Shown here: positions 7,429 to 16,562 of the stretch, piece after piece
Numbering within the stretch: position 1 is the stretch's first letter
Layout: every line of letters starts with the position of its first letter
IMG/VR virus record: IMGVR_UViG_3300022752_000015
Coordinates: 62,001 to 126,000 of that record
DNA: 64,000 nucleotides
Reading direction: 5' to 3' (one strand)
Notes under the pieces: model-generated
What the model was told of the DNA's origin: nothing
The model's database searches: none
Seen by the model: only the letters and a program-made list of their open reading frames with translations
Translations under genes and position numbers: made by a program

Positions 7429-10014
7429 TCAACACTTGCTCCAAGAGCAGCTGTTACATGTGACGCATCCTTCTTTGTAAACTAGAGAGTTAGATCCACA
7501 CTCAGGACACGTTTTGTCAGACGTTGATTTTGCGCCGTCAGGAATGTATCCTTTTAGAACGCGGGCCAAGACTCTAGAGAAAGATTGCATATCGCTGTAT
7601 TTGTCTTTTTGTAGCTGTTCAACAACGTATTGAACAGGAACCCCATGGCGTAGAGCAAGCGAGAGGGATCTTGTAAAAGCTCCGTGATTTGGATTGGAGA
7701 ACAACTCCACAATGTCCTTGAAAACAAGGTTATCGTCATCCCCAACAGGAATCTGAAGATTGTATGTTGCAACTCCATCCTTCTTACCATTCTTGATAAG
7801 ATTTCCTACCTTCGCCTTCTTCGGCACTTCAACGTGATGTGATAGGCCGCAGAAGATCTCGTATGGCTTTCCTTCAAGCCTGCCGACCAGGACAAGATAT
7901 GATTCCTGACCTTCAGAACCCTTTACGTTAATTCGATGAATATCGCATGGTAATTCCTTCGGTCGCTTTGGAGCATGATTTTCTATCATGGTTTCTGGCT
8001 GGCTATCAGAGTCAACCTTATTGGTTTCCTTGGGAGTATCCTGGACAAGAACTCCTGTACGGCATCCATCTCTATAGACAGTGAAACCCTTGCATCCGGC
8101 CTCCCAGGCAGCCATATAAACGTCAGCAACAACTTCTCTTGTCACATCATTAGGAAGGTTACAGGTCTTAGAGATTGCATGGCAGACCCACTTTTGAGCA
8201 GCAGCCTGAAGCTTGACGGACATAGGCCAGTCAACATCATTGCTTGTTGCCTTCCAGTAGGGTGACTCTGCAATTTGCTCATCTACCTTTCCTGTGGCAT
8301 CCATCCACTTCTTGAAACCGTGGTGGTAGACCTTGTACTCCTGCCACTTATCACCAAGCTGATCGATAAAATCAACTCGTGATGCGGTGTCATTAGGGTT
8401 AATCTTCTTACGGCGTGTGTAGGAAAGAAGGTAAGCTGGTTCAATACCGCTTGTCGTTTGCGTGAGGCATGAAACAGACCCTGCCGGAGCAGTCGTTGTC
8501 AACGCAATGTTGCGACGACCGTATTTCACCCAATCTGCAAATAAGGCCTTATCAGCTTCCATAACTCTCTTTAAAAATGGACTTTCGTTTTCTAAAGACC
8601 AATCATAGACGGGGAATGACCCTCTGTCCTTTGCCATGTCGACTGAAGATCGATAAGCGGAAAGAGCCAACGTTTTATAAATCTCTTCTGTCTTATGAAC
8701 TGACTCTTCAGAACCATAGGTTACGCCAATCGAAGCCAGAGCATCTCCGATGCCAGTGATTCCAAGTCCTGTGCGGCGTGCGCCTGAGGCAGCTTTTTTG
8801 ATTTTTTGCCAGAGGTTGACCTCATGTTGTTTGACCTCTTCACTCTCAGGGTCGGATCCAATCTTTTTCAAGATAGCATCGACGGCCTCAATCTCAAGAT
8901 CGACAAGATCATCCATCAACTTTTGCGCTTTTGCAGAAACTTTCTTGAACTTATCAAAATCGAATGAAGCTGTAGGAAGGTATGCGTCCTTCACAAACTT
9001 TGCGAGGTTGATGAGAAGAAGGCGGCAAGAATCGTAAGGGCTGAGAATCAGCTCAGCGCAAGGATTCGTAGAAACGTTGGCGTATCCTTTTGAAGCATAT
9101 GCCTCAGTTGGTGTCATCTTCTTGACTGTATCCCAGAATAGAAGACCTGGTTCTGCAGAAGTCCATGCGGCATCGATGACCTGATTCCAAAGCTCGCGAG
9201 CCTTGACGATCTTGGTAACTTTAGCTTCTTCAACAGGTACCTCGACTGGCCAACGAAGAGTAAATTCCTTATCATCTTTCACTGCATTCATAAATTCGTC
9301 AGTGAGACGAACAGAGATGTTTGCTCCTGTGACTTTCTTTAGATCTCGTTTGATGTTGATGAAAGTCTCAACCTCAGGATGCATCACCGAAATTGTGAGC
9401 ATTAGTGCTCCACGACGACCACCTTGAGCAACCTCACGGCATGTGTTGGAGAACCTCTCCATAAAGACGCCAATACCATCGGTCGTTCCAGCTGCATTGG
9501 CTGTGGCAAGACCTTTGGGACGAATCGTAGAGACGTCGAAACCAACGCCACCACGACGTTTCATGATTTGCGCCTGTTCCTGATCCGTGAATAGAATTCC
9601 GCCATAAGAATCTTGCGGAGAAGCTATAACGAAGCAGTTAGACAACGATTGCAGCTTGTAAGGATTACCCATGGCAGACATAGGAGAGCCTTGCGGAATA
9701 ACTGACCCCATCCCGCGAGACTCTGCAACCAGTTGTTCCAACGTCATTGTAGACTTTTCTGTAACGTCTAAATGATCTACATCAGCTAAGAGACAGAAAA
9801 TCTCTTTTTCAGATAGAGGATTCGGATACTTGGCTTCAATGCGAGCAAATTCACGAGTGAGACGCAGGTGCATGTCGGTGGGAGTTTTTTCTAAAATGCC
9901 ACCACCAGAATCTCTCAATGCGTATTTTGAAACAAAGACAGATGCCGCAAGTTCATCTCCTTTAAAGTAGTCTAACGATGCCTCATATGCTTCATTATAC
10001 GTGTATGTTTTCAT
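7429..10014 (-). CDS. nrdJ: Adenosylcobalamin-dependent (class II) ribonucleotide reductase
   Basis: SNCFV, TNPCAE, SCRL, APAGSVS, TSGIEP; C-terminal TSCPD-like region and CPEC...CxxC ribbon; no C-terminal Tyr-Tyr and no beta subunit in the window. Start MKTYTY. Confidence 0.9.
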   Translation of the reverse strand: MKTYTYNEAYEASLDYFKGDELAASVFVSKYALRDSGGGILEKTPTDMHLRLTREFARIEAKYPNPLSEKEIFCLLADVDHLDVTEKSTMTLEQLVAESRGMGSVIPQGSPMSAMGNPYKLQSLSNCFVIASPQDSYGGILFTDQEQAQIMKRRGGVGFDVSTIRPKGLATANAAGTTDGIGVFMERFSNTCREVAQGGRRGALMLTISVMHPEVETFINIKRDLKKVTGANISVRLTDEFMNAVKDDKEFTLRWPVEVPVEEAKVTKIVKARELWNQVIDAAWTSAEPGLLFWDTVKKMTPTEAYASKGYANVSTNPCAELILSPYDSCRLLLINLAKFVKDAYLPTASFDFDKFKKVSAKAQKLMDDLVDLEIEAVDAILKKIGSDPESEEVKQHEVNLWQKIKKAASGARRTGLGITGIGDALASIGVTYGSEESVHKTEEIYKTLALSAYRSSVDMAKDRGSFPVYDWSLENESPFLKRVMEADKALFADWVKYGRRNIALTTTAPAGSVSCLTQTTSGIEPAYLLSYTRRKKINPNDTASRVDFIDQLGDKWQEYKVYHHGFKKWMDATGKVDEQIAESPYWKATSNDVDWPMSVKLQAAAQKWVCHAISKTCNLPNDVTREVVADVYMAAWEAGCKGFTVYRDGCRTGVLVQDTPKETNKVDSDSQPETMIENHAPKRPKELPCDIHRINVKGSEGQESYLVLVGRLEGKPYEIFCGLSHHVEVPKKAKVGNLIKNGKKDGVATYNLQIPVGDDDNLVFKDIVELFSNPNHGAFTRSLSLALRHGVPVQYVVEQLQKDKYSDMQSFSRVLARVLKGYIPDGAKSTSDKTCPECGSNSLVYKEGCVTCNSCSWSKC

Positions 10015-10054
10015 ATTGCGTTCTGTCTCCAATTCATCGAATTCTTGGGATGCA

Positions 10055-10061
10055 TAACTAT
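10055..10061 (-). promoter_or_regulatory. ATAGTTA candidate promoter motif
   Basis: Recurrent motif about 40 nt upstream of nrdJ. Confidence 0.4.
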
Positions 10062-10064
10062 ATC

Positions 10065-11501
10065 TCAACTTCCAACCGTTGTTACTGATTCTGCGTTCGA
10101 AAAGTTTCTTGAACTAGAAAATTCATTTTTCAGTTCTTTCCACTTGGCTCTTAAGGCTTTTTTCTGTTCAGCTTCGTCAGAGGCTGAAGTTTCTTCTGGC
10201 GAATCGGCTGCGCCTGTGATCTCAAATTTGCTCTGAGCAGTGTTGATCTTTGCTGGGAAAACTAGACCGTCTCGGCCAGCTCTGTTCTTGGCGACGAATA
10301 ATCTACCCCACCCAGACGCTTTCTCATGTGCTCGTCTGGAGACTGAAATGATAAAGTCGCAGATCATAGCCTTACCGTAAGCCTCAGACATATTCGTCAT
10401 GTCAATAACCTCTGCATTAGCGCCTTCTTTGTTTGACTGTGAAGCAGTCCAGATTGGAATGCCAAGCTCCATAGCAAGACCTCGAAGCTCCTCATAAACT
10501 AGCTTGAGCTCATGACGAAGAGAATCAAACTGACGCGATGATCTCATGATATCTGCATAATCAATAATAACGATATCAGGCTTAAACCCTCTTAGATCTA
10601 GTCTTTCAATGTGTGAACGAACCGTGAAAACCGATGCCGTATTTGTCGGATACTCTTTGATAAAGAGACGACCTAAGTTCATAGACTCATATTTGGACTT
10701 GACCTTATCTTTATTGTCCATCACTTCATTTGAATCTATGTCACAAAGATTTGAATCGTAACGAGTACCGACGGCTGTCTCAGATAGCTCGAAAGTGTAA
10801 TGAAGAACATTTTTACCTTCACGTAGAGCATTTGACCCAATCATGGTTAACCAATGAGACTTACCAGACCCAGATGCTCCAACAACGCAAAGCAATTCAC
10901 CTTTACCTGAACCTCCATTGAGGATTTCTTTCTTATCAAGTTCAGGAATTCCTGTTGGGATAGTATCTCGTTTTAACCGTGTGAACCGCGCTTCTAACTC
11001 ATTGAAAAAATCATGACCGACAGATGGAGCTGTTCCAACCTGGACAGCTCGCTTGATTGTTTCAACAATAGATTCATACTTATTGGCTTGCATTTGATCG
11101 ACAGCATTCTCAAGAGCTGCTTTCAATGCCTGCTTACGACAAAAATCAAGAGATTTCTCTCTTACAAATTGAAGATCTCCAGGATCAGGATTCGCCTTCA
11201 TGCGCTGGAGGTATTCTATAATTTGATCTCTTAGAATCGTGTCCGTTCCAACCTTCAAATCTTCTCGAATGATTGTGACAAGTAATTGTAATGTAGGAAA
11301 AACCTTGTACTTCTTCGAATAAGAGAAGTAGCGATCAGCTAGAAATTGCAGATACTTCAGCTCAAAATAAGAAGTGTCAAAAACTTCCATCATTTGTTCT
11401 GCAAATTTCGAGTCAGTCAAGAGAGCCTGCATGATCTTCTCTTGAAAAGACTTACCGTAAGATCCAAAGGTTAACTTGTTTTTATTTTCGTTTTCTAACA
11501 T
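10065..11501 (-). CDS. Replicative helicase (DnaB / T4 gp41-like)
   Basis: Walker A GASGSGKS, Walker B IIDYAD, TASQSN, SEAYGK, KNRAG. Confidence 0.93.
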   Translation of the reverse strand: MLENENKNKLTFGSYGKSFQEKIMQALLTDSKFAEQMMEVFDTSYFELKYLQFLADRYFSYSKKYKVFPTLQLLVTIIREDLKVGTDTILRDQIIEYLQRMKANPDPGDLQFVREKSLDFCRKQALKAALENAVDQMQANKYESIVETIKRAVQVGTAPSVGHDFFNELEARFTRLKRDTIPTGIPELDKKEILNGGSGKGELLCVVGASGSGKSHWLTMIGSNALREGKNVLHYTFELSETAVGTRYDSNLCDIDSNEVMDNKDKVKSKYESMNLGRLFIKEYPTNTASVFTVRSHIERLDLRGFKPDIVIIDYADIMRSSRQFDSLRHELKLVYEELRGLAMELGIPIWTASQSNKEGANAEVIDMTNMSEAYGKAMICDFIISVSRRAHEKASGWGRLFVAKNRAGRDGLVFPAKINTAQSKFEITGAADSPEETSASDEAEQKKALRAKWKELKNEFSSSRNFSNAESVTTVGS

Positions 11502-11502
11502 T

Positions 11503-12474
11503 TTAGTTACCAGTCACGTATTTCGCGCTGTCAATACAGTTCATTGAATAAAAAAATGCCTCAACATCAAAATCGTTGATTCCTTCTTTGAGGAGGGCTT
11601 TGATCAATCCGATCTTATTAACGTGCGGAACGAATGTATCTAACGTATGTTGCACTTTAGAAATTTGAGATGCTGACAACATACTACCATCTAGGTATAC
11701 CAATCTCCAATTTCTGTTGATCAAATCTTGATTGTCTACGACCTTCTTATAAACAGTAGATTCTCCAATCCTGGATTGACAAAACGAAATGATGTCCTCT
11801 ATCAAGAGATCATCATCTGTTCCCAATATAGGAAGTTTTTTAGAAACCGTCTTAAACCCCAACCCTTTTACTCCAGGAATGTTATCTCCAGGATCTCCAC
11901 ATAACGCCTTGGCGGCTGCGAAGTTGTTGGGTTTTATTCGGAATTCTTCAAAGACGTCATCAACTGTCAAGACTTTTTTCTTATGAAGAGAATAGATCGA
12001 AGTATTTGCATCCAACAGTTGATACATGTCTTTGTCGGAAGAAACTATGATCTTTTTATTTTGCTTAAATGGCCCCGAACAAAGAAACGCAACTATGTCA
12101 TCACCCTCGCAATCAGAGGCGTAAACTTGGCAAACAGGAGAATTTTTTAGCATGTTCAATAGAGAAATAAGCTGATGTTTCCTGTTCTCTTCTGACTCAG
12201 GTATATCATCTCCGTAAAAACGGTTGAGCTTCTCAGGACGTCTACCAAGCTTATATTCAGGATAAATTGATCTACGTCTTAGAGAACCCCCGCCTTCCCA
12301 TGCCACGCAAATCATTGAAGGTTGTAACTCAGTTGTGATTCTTTTCAACGTCTTAAGAAAACCGATGCAACCTCCCATTTGATAGCCATGGGTCGACATT
12401 TGTGGGTATGCCGCCCATGACCTAATAAAAAGATTTGCTCCATCAATAACCAAGATGGGACGATCTGAACTCAT
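11503..12474 (-). CDS. 5'-3' exonuclease / flap endonuclease (T4 RNase H-like)
   Basis: IDGANL, EGDD, SSDKD, GDPGDNIPGVKGLG (H3TH). Confidence 0.92.
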   Translation of the reverse strand: MSSDRPILVIDGANLFIRSWAAYPQMSTHGYQMGGCIGFLKTLKRITTELQPSMICVAWEGGGSLRRRSIYPEYKLGRRPEKLNRFYGDDIPESEENRKHQLISLLNMLKNSPVCQVYASDCEGDDIVAFLCSGPFKQNKKIIVSSDKDMYQLLDANTSIYSLHKKKVLTVDDVFEEFRIKPNNFAAAKALCGDPGDNIPGVKGLGFKTVSKKLPILGTDDDLLIEDIISFCQSRIGESTVYKKVVDNQDLINRNWRLVYLDGSMLSASQISKVQHTLDTFVPHVNKIGLIKALLKEGINDFDVEAFFYSMNCIDSAKYVTGN

Positions 12475-12767
12475 GTTTTGCCTGTAGAACCGAATCCACC
12501 ACTGCCGCGGGTCGTTGAAGACAAACTGTTGGTTGGTTGGAATATCCCACGAAAAACTCGAGAAAATACCAACTGTGCAATCCTATCGCCTTTATTGACA
12601 ATAAATTCTTCGTCACCTGTGTTCAACAAAATGACCTTAATTTCCCCTCGATAGTCACAATTGTGAACAAGAACATCATTACAAAAAAAATTGTGATTAT
12701 TTTCTACTGTAAGATCATAACATCGTTCATTATGCGTTGTTTTATTTTTAATTTTTACAAACTTCAT
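12471..12767 (-). CDS. dut: Split-intein C-half (36 aa) fused to dUTPase C-extein (62 aa)
   Basis: MKFVKIK...CYDLTVENNHNFFCNDVLVHN|CDYRGE...GDRIAQ...RGSGGFGSTG. ATG 12767 follows GGAG-A6; Asn/Cys junction at 12660/12659. Confidence 0.93.
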   Translation of the reverse strand: MKFVKIKNKTTHNERCYDLTVENNHNFFCNDVLVHNCDYRGEIKVILLNTGDEEFIVNKGDRIAQLVFSRVFRGIFQPTNSLSSTTRGSGGFGSTGKT

Positions 12768-13674
12768 TTTTTTCTCCAAAAAAATTAATGATATATTTTT
12801 TCGATTCATCAAGGCTAAAAGACAAAAAATAGCGTGCATTAATGCTAAAGGCGAACAATTCAGCAGATGAACTTTTTCTTTCTATTTTATTATCGTTGAA
12901 GCTAAATCCTTTTAGCTCTAAAATGCATTTTTTGTCATCGTTGTAGATGTAAAAATCAGGAATGTAACGTCTTGTTTTATTGTTTTCATCGATATAAGAA
13001 ATTTTATACCCATGAGCTTTTGTCCATGAAAGCGATGTTGTGTCAAGAAATGTCATTAATTCAAGTTCCCAAGAAGAATCGTAAAATTCTTTTGATCCTA
13101 TCTTAGTAAGATACCACCCTTTTTTGTATCTATTTGATGATCCACAACGACCTTCTAAAATAGCTTCAGAAACACCTTCACTAATCTTTTGTCTCCATTG
13201 CTCTTTTCTTTCATCCGTCCATGACAGACGAAATTTAAATTCATCAGAGACGTGTTCTTTCATAAAATCACTATGATTTTTTAGATAATCATGAGTTTCT
13301 TTTGTGCGACCTGTCAAAAGCGCAGAATTTCTTTTTCCAACCGCAGCAACACGTTCATCATCATGCTTTGTAAGTCCATCATTCCAGTTTTTATGACCGT
13401 TTGCATATGTGTTTGATATTATTTCAGATTGTTTTTTTCGAAATGCATCCGTTCTATGAGTAACTTGACGAGATTCGCACATCTTCTTGTGATAGTCGGG
13501 ATTGGACCAAACATTACGATTGTTTTTTGAGACCAACTCTTTTGCTTCAAGAGATTTTACTTCTGCATCTTTGAACCGCAGTCGATATTCTTTTGTTGAT
13601 ATTTTGTGAGTATTACGAAGATGCTCAACTATAGAAAACTTCTTTTCTAGATTACAAATTAGACATTTCACCAT
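12748..13674 (-). CDS. Putative homing endonuclease: C2H2-like Zn finger, NUMOD-like repeats, PD-(D/E)XK (TnsA-like) domain
   Basis: CLIC...HLRNTH; WNDGLTK; DSSWE...YIPDF...ILELKG; visibly AT-rich; lies between the intein halves. Confidence 0.82.
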   Translation of the reverse strand: MVKCLICNLEKKFSIVEHLRNTHKISTKEYRLRFKDAEVKSLEAKELVSKNNRNVWSNPDYHKKMCESRQVTHRTDAFRKKQSEIISNTYANGHKNWNDGLTKHDDERVAAVGKRNSALLTGRTKETHDYLKNHSDFMKEHVSDEFKFRLSWTDERKEQWRQKISEGVSEAILEGRCGSSNRYKKGWYLTKIGSKEFYDSSWELELMTFLDTTSLSWTKAHGYKISYIDENNKTRRYIPDFYIYNDDKKCILELKGFSFNDNKIERKSSSAELFAFSINARYFLSFSLDESKKYIINFFGEKNEVCKN

Positions 13675-13679
13675 GATAA

Positions 13680-14219
13680 TTAAGTATCATGGTCAATTAC
13701 AATTTCATCATCATATGATAGCTCATCAGCTCTTTTAAGCCCATCTCGAGTATAAATCATCGTTCCTGGAGTTACGCACAGTTCTGTGTCATCATCAAAA
13801 ACAAATTTGATTACATCTTTTTCACCTACATCAACAATTGCGCTTATCACATCGCTTTCGACACAAAGAGTCTGTTCATTCATAGAAAACACGACATCAT
13901 TTATCTTCAAATCAAATACTTGCTTTTTTCCAGCAGGAGTTGAAATCAAACAATTTGAAGTAAAACAATCTACTGTTCCTGGAGAATTAAGAACAGTGAT
14001 ACCATATTTGGCAGCTAACCCAGATCTAGGTCTGACTTGGGCTTCAAATCCAGGAGGCAGTTCAATCTTTAACCCAGTCGCTACAGTAGCCCTTTGACCA
14101 GGTTTGATCATTAGGTACTCGTTAGCGTATACGTCGCACCCTGCTGATCCTTGAGTCTGATACTTAGGCACCAGATCATCGTCATCCACTTCACATCGAA
14201 TCCAGAATATATCACTCAT
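13680..14219 (-). CDS. dut: dUTPase N-extein (84 aa) fused to split-intein N-half (95 aa)
   Basis: AGCDV, RPRSG, GTVD then intein block [14 protein letters not shown] and block B-like [11 protein letters not shown]; stop at 13680; Cys1 at 13967. Confidence 0.93.
   Translation of the reverse strand: MSDIFWIRCEVDDDDLVPKYQTQGSAGCDVYANEYLMIKPGQRATVATGLKIELPPGFEAQVRPRSGLAAKYGITVLNSPGTVDCFTSNCLISTPAGKKQVFDLKINDVVFSMNEQTLCVESDVISAIVDVGEKDVIKFVFDDDTELCVTPGTMIYTRDGLKRADELSYDDEIVIDHDT
13681..13687 (-). promoter_or_regulatory. ATACTTA candidate promoter motif overlapping the IntN stop codon
   Basis: GAT ACT TAA (D-T-stop) contains the motif; the endonuclease ATG follows 6 nt later. Confidence 0.45.
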
Positions 14220-15387
14220 CGGATACCCCTCCTTCACCGTCTCCGTCGCCAGAAGGTTCTCCGCCGATCGTTACAAGAGCAGAATCGATAGCCGTCAAAA
14301 GATGACTGCGATATTTTTCATCTTTCAGCATGTCGCCAAATTCTGATTTATAGAATTTTTTCTCTACGACAACTTCTCCTGTTTTTGAATTGATGACCGA
14401 AAGTTCTTTCCAAGCTCCTTCGCCTGAAACATTAATCTCAAGACCATCTCTTTTCACAGGACCATTGGCTTTACAGTGTGAACGAATCTCATCAAAAAGG
14501 TATTCATCTTCGACAATTCCTTTACCGAAGATAATATCGAACTCGCATTTTCTAAATGGAGCTGCTACCTTATTCTTCTTGATGGTTGCAATAACGTGAA
14601 TACCCACTACGTTACCATTTTTGTCTTTTACTTGAGTACCTGAACTAAGCTTAATCCGCACTGAGGCATGGTAAGGTATGCTTTTACCGCCGGGCGTGAC
14701 ATCAGGATCTCCGTGCATTACTCCAATGGCAGTCCTCAATTGATTTAAACACAAAAGAGTTACATTGTTCTGTCCAATGACGCCCGTGATTTTTCGCATA
14801 CCCTTGGAAATAACTCGGGCTTGAAGACCTATTGTGTTGTCTTCATACTCTCCATCTAATTCTTGTTTCGGCGAGGTTGCTGCAACAGAATCCCAAATAA
14901 CTAAAATTGGAATATTCTTATCTACTACTTGTTTTGCTTTTAAGATCGTAGATTCGATGATAGAAAAAACCTCTTCAGTACAATGAGAATCGCAATAGAC
15001 AAACCTTTTGCGAACATCGATTCCCATGTTCGCTAGCTTTTGAACAGGGACAGAATTTTCTGTATCTACGTAAACCACAAGACCGCCCATGCTCTGAACT
15101 ATTGATGCTGCATGGTATGCTAGATGAGATTTTCCAACCGAAGGAGTTCCAGAGATTTCTATGATCCTACCTTCGGGGTACCCGCCTCCTAGAAAATTTC
15201 TAATCGCGTAATTTAGTTGAATAGATCCCGTGTCTATCCAACGCTTCACGATTGTAGGAGCGTCCATTTCTGCTAGATTGTAAGCAATTCTAGTCCCAAA
15301 CTCTTTATTGATATCTCTAATAAGCTCAGCAGCAAAATCTACCTCTAATTTTTTTGATGATTGTGCGTCTTCTTTTGCTTTAGCCAT
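14212..15387 (-). CDS. recA: RecA/UvsX recombinase
   Basis: [52 protein letters not shown]. Confidence 0.95.
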   Translation of the reverse strand: MAKAKEDAQSSKKLEVDFAAELIRDINKEFGTRIAYNLAEMDAPTIVKRWIDTGSIQLNYAIRNFLGGGYPEGRIIEISGTPSVGKSHLAYHAASIVQSMGGLVVYVDTENSVPVQKLANMGIDVRKRFVYCDSHCTEEVFSIIESTILKAKQVVDKNIPILVIWDSVAATSPKQELDGEYEDNTIGLQARVISKGMRKITGVIGQNNVTLLCLNQLRTAIGVMHGDPDVTPGGKSIPYHASVRIKLSSGTQVKDKNGNVVGIHVIATIKKNKVAAPFRKCEFDIIFGKGIVEDEYLFDEIRSHCKANGPVKRDGLEINVSGEGAWKELSVINSKTGEVVVEKKFYKSEFGDMLKDEKYRSHLLTAIDSALVTIGGEPSGDGDGEGGVSDE

Positions 15388-15421
15388 GTTTTCTTTATTA
15401 TCCAATTAACAATAAAATAGT

Positions 15422-15459
15422 TCAAGCGCCGGGGATTTTTTAATTTCCCCGGCGCTTGA
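15422..15459 (-). terminator. Intrinsic terminator-like hairpin after SSB
   Basis: Perfect 14-bp GC-rich arms TCAAGCGCCGGGGA / TCCCCGGCGCTTGA. Confidence 0.7.
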
Positions 15460-15469
15460 TATCGCTACA

Positions 15470-16309
15470 TCACTCGTCGCCCATCAGGTCGGCGAATGCA
15501 TCATCTAAAGATTGCTTCTTAGGAGCATCGTCGTCTACTTTCTTAGGTTTCTTCGGCTTCTCTGGAGATGAAGCTTTTACCTCTGCTACTAGATCCTCAA
15601 GAGCATCCGCAGTCACTGGGCCGCGGGTCGTCTCTGTTGGAGTATCATCTGTAGCTCCGCCGTTGAGCCAATTATTGAGAACGGCCTCGATCTCCTGAGT
15701 GGACTTTAGACGATACATGTCGTCGATGTTTGGAATGTTCTCCAACCAGGTCGCCATGGTCTTCTGATCCTCATGAAGCTTTGAAGGACGACGGGCAGGA
15801 TCCACCATCGTGTCATTGAACTGTTTACCTGGGGCTTTTGAGATCGTTACCTTCAGATCAAACCCCTGATTAGGATCCAAGATGTCGCCAACCTCCTCAT
15901 CAAGGAAGAAACCAAGCATACGTTGGTAGACGATCTTACCGAATGCCCAAACCTGTACACCCTTGTCCTCCTCACCACGAACGATGACAGGAGCATAGCA
16001 ACGCATCTTGGGGGCGAGCTTCTTTGCAAGGACTCGATCATCAGGCTTGCCGCTGCTGTACAGCTTTCGAATCAGATCGTTGATCGGATCCGGCTTTCCA
16101 AACTGATTTGGTGCCAGAAGACCTGCATTCTCTCCAATGTAATAGAACCACCTCTCGGCGAAGGGTTGGCCCTCAGGAGCATTCTTCCATGGAAGACAAC
16201 GAATCTTGTATTCTCCGATTTGTGGCTTCCACATCTGGACTGATGACGTCTTCTTCACACCACTGAGTTCTGCCACGCGACGCTTGATTGCTTCTAGATC
16301 GATTGCCAT
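15470..16309 (-). CDS. Single-stranded DNA-binding protein (T4 gp32-like)
   Basis: WKP..GEYKIRCLP...YAPVIVRGEEDKGVQVWAFGK...GFDLKV; acidic tail DDAFADLMGDE; adjacent to recA. Confidence 0.85.
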   Translation of the reverse strand: MAIDLEAIKRRVAELSGVKKTSSVQMWKPQIGEYKIRCLPWKNAPEGQPFAERWFYYIGENAGLLAPNQFGKPDPINDLIRKLYSSGKPDDRVLAKKLAPKMRCYAPVIVRGEEDKGVQVWAFGKIVYQRMLGFFLDEEVGDILDPNQGFDLKVTISKAPGKQFNDTMVDPARRPSKLHEDQKTMATWLENIPNIDDMYRLKSTQEIEAVLNNWLNGGATDDTPTETTRGPVTADALEDLVAEVKASSPEKPKKPKKVDDDAPKKQSLDDAFADLMGDE

Positions 16310-16560
16310 GTTATTTTCCTTTTCCGTTTCCGCTGTGAATGAAACACCCTTGACGAATCCGCAACATGCGAACCAAGTCTTGGTTGGACATTCAAGTCAT
16401 TCTTAAACTAAGCCAGGGTAAACGAGATGTATCGTTTTATTATTCCTGACGTCAACTTTGCACGATGCCGATTCGACAGAGCAAGTTTTATTTTTAATTC
16501 CCATGTCCAGTCCGTTTCCGCATCGAACAAGTCGATGGTATAAATATTGCAGAATCGCAA
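16310..16560 (-). ncRNA. Candidate structured leader RNA upstream of SSB
   Basis: About 250 nt with no convincing ORF, at least 4 perfect hairpins, and an 11-nt direct repeat at both ends. Confidence 0.4.
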
Positions 16561-16562
16561 TT

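Larger units (their letters stand above)
12660..13967 (-). mobile_element. Split intein plus free-standing homing endonuclease cassette in dUTPase
   Basis: IntN (13967-13683), endonuclease ORF, then IntC (12767-12660), interrupting motif 3 GTVD|CDYRGE. Confidence 0.9.

Noticed and set aside
12768-12839. Longer N-terminus of the IntC ORF given in the track (MHAIFCLL...)
   Set aside because: It overlaps the endonuclease CDS. ATG 12767 has a GGAG RBS and gives the canonical 36-aa IntC.
12660-13967. IntN and IntC are in the same frame (1200 nt apart), suggesting an intron or ribosomal bypass could rejoin them
   Set aside because: The endonuclease ORF occupies the whole gap with no room for group I/II structure. 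IntC has its own RBS and ATG, and 915 nt is far longer than known bypass gaps.
7429-15387. Inteins or introns in nrdJ, helicase and recA, which are common hot spots
   Set aside because: All conserved motifs are contiguous at normal spacing and no C...HN-[CST] segments are present.
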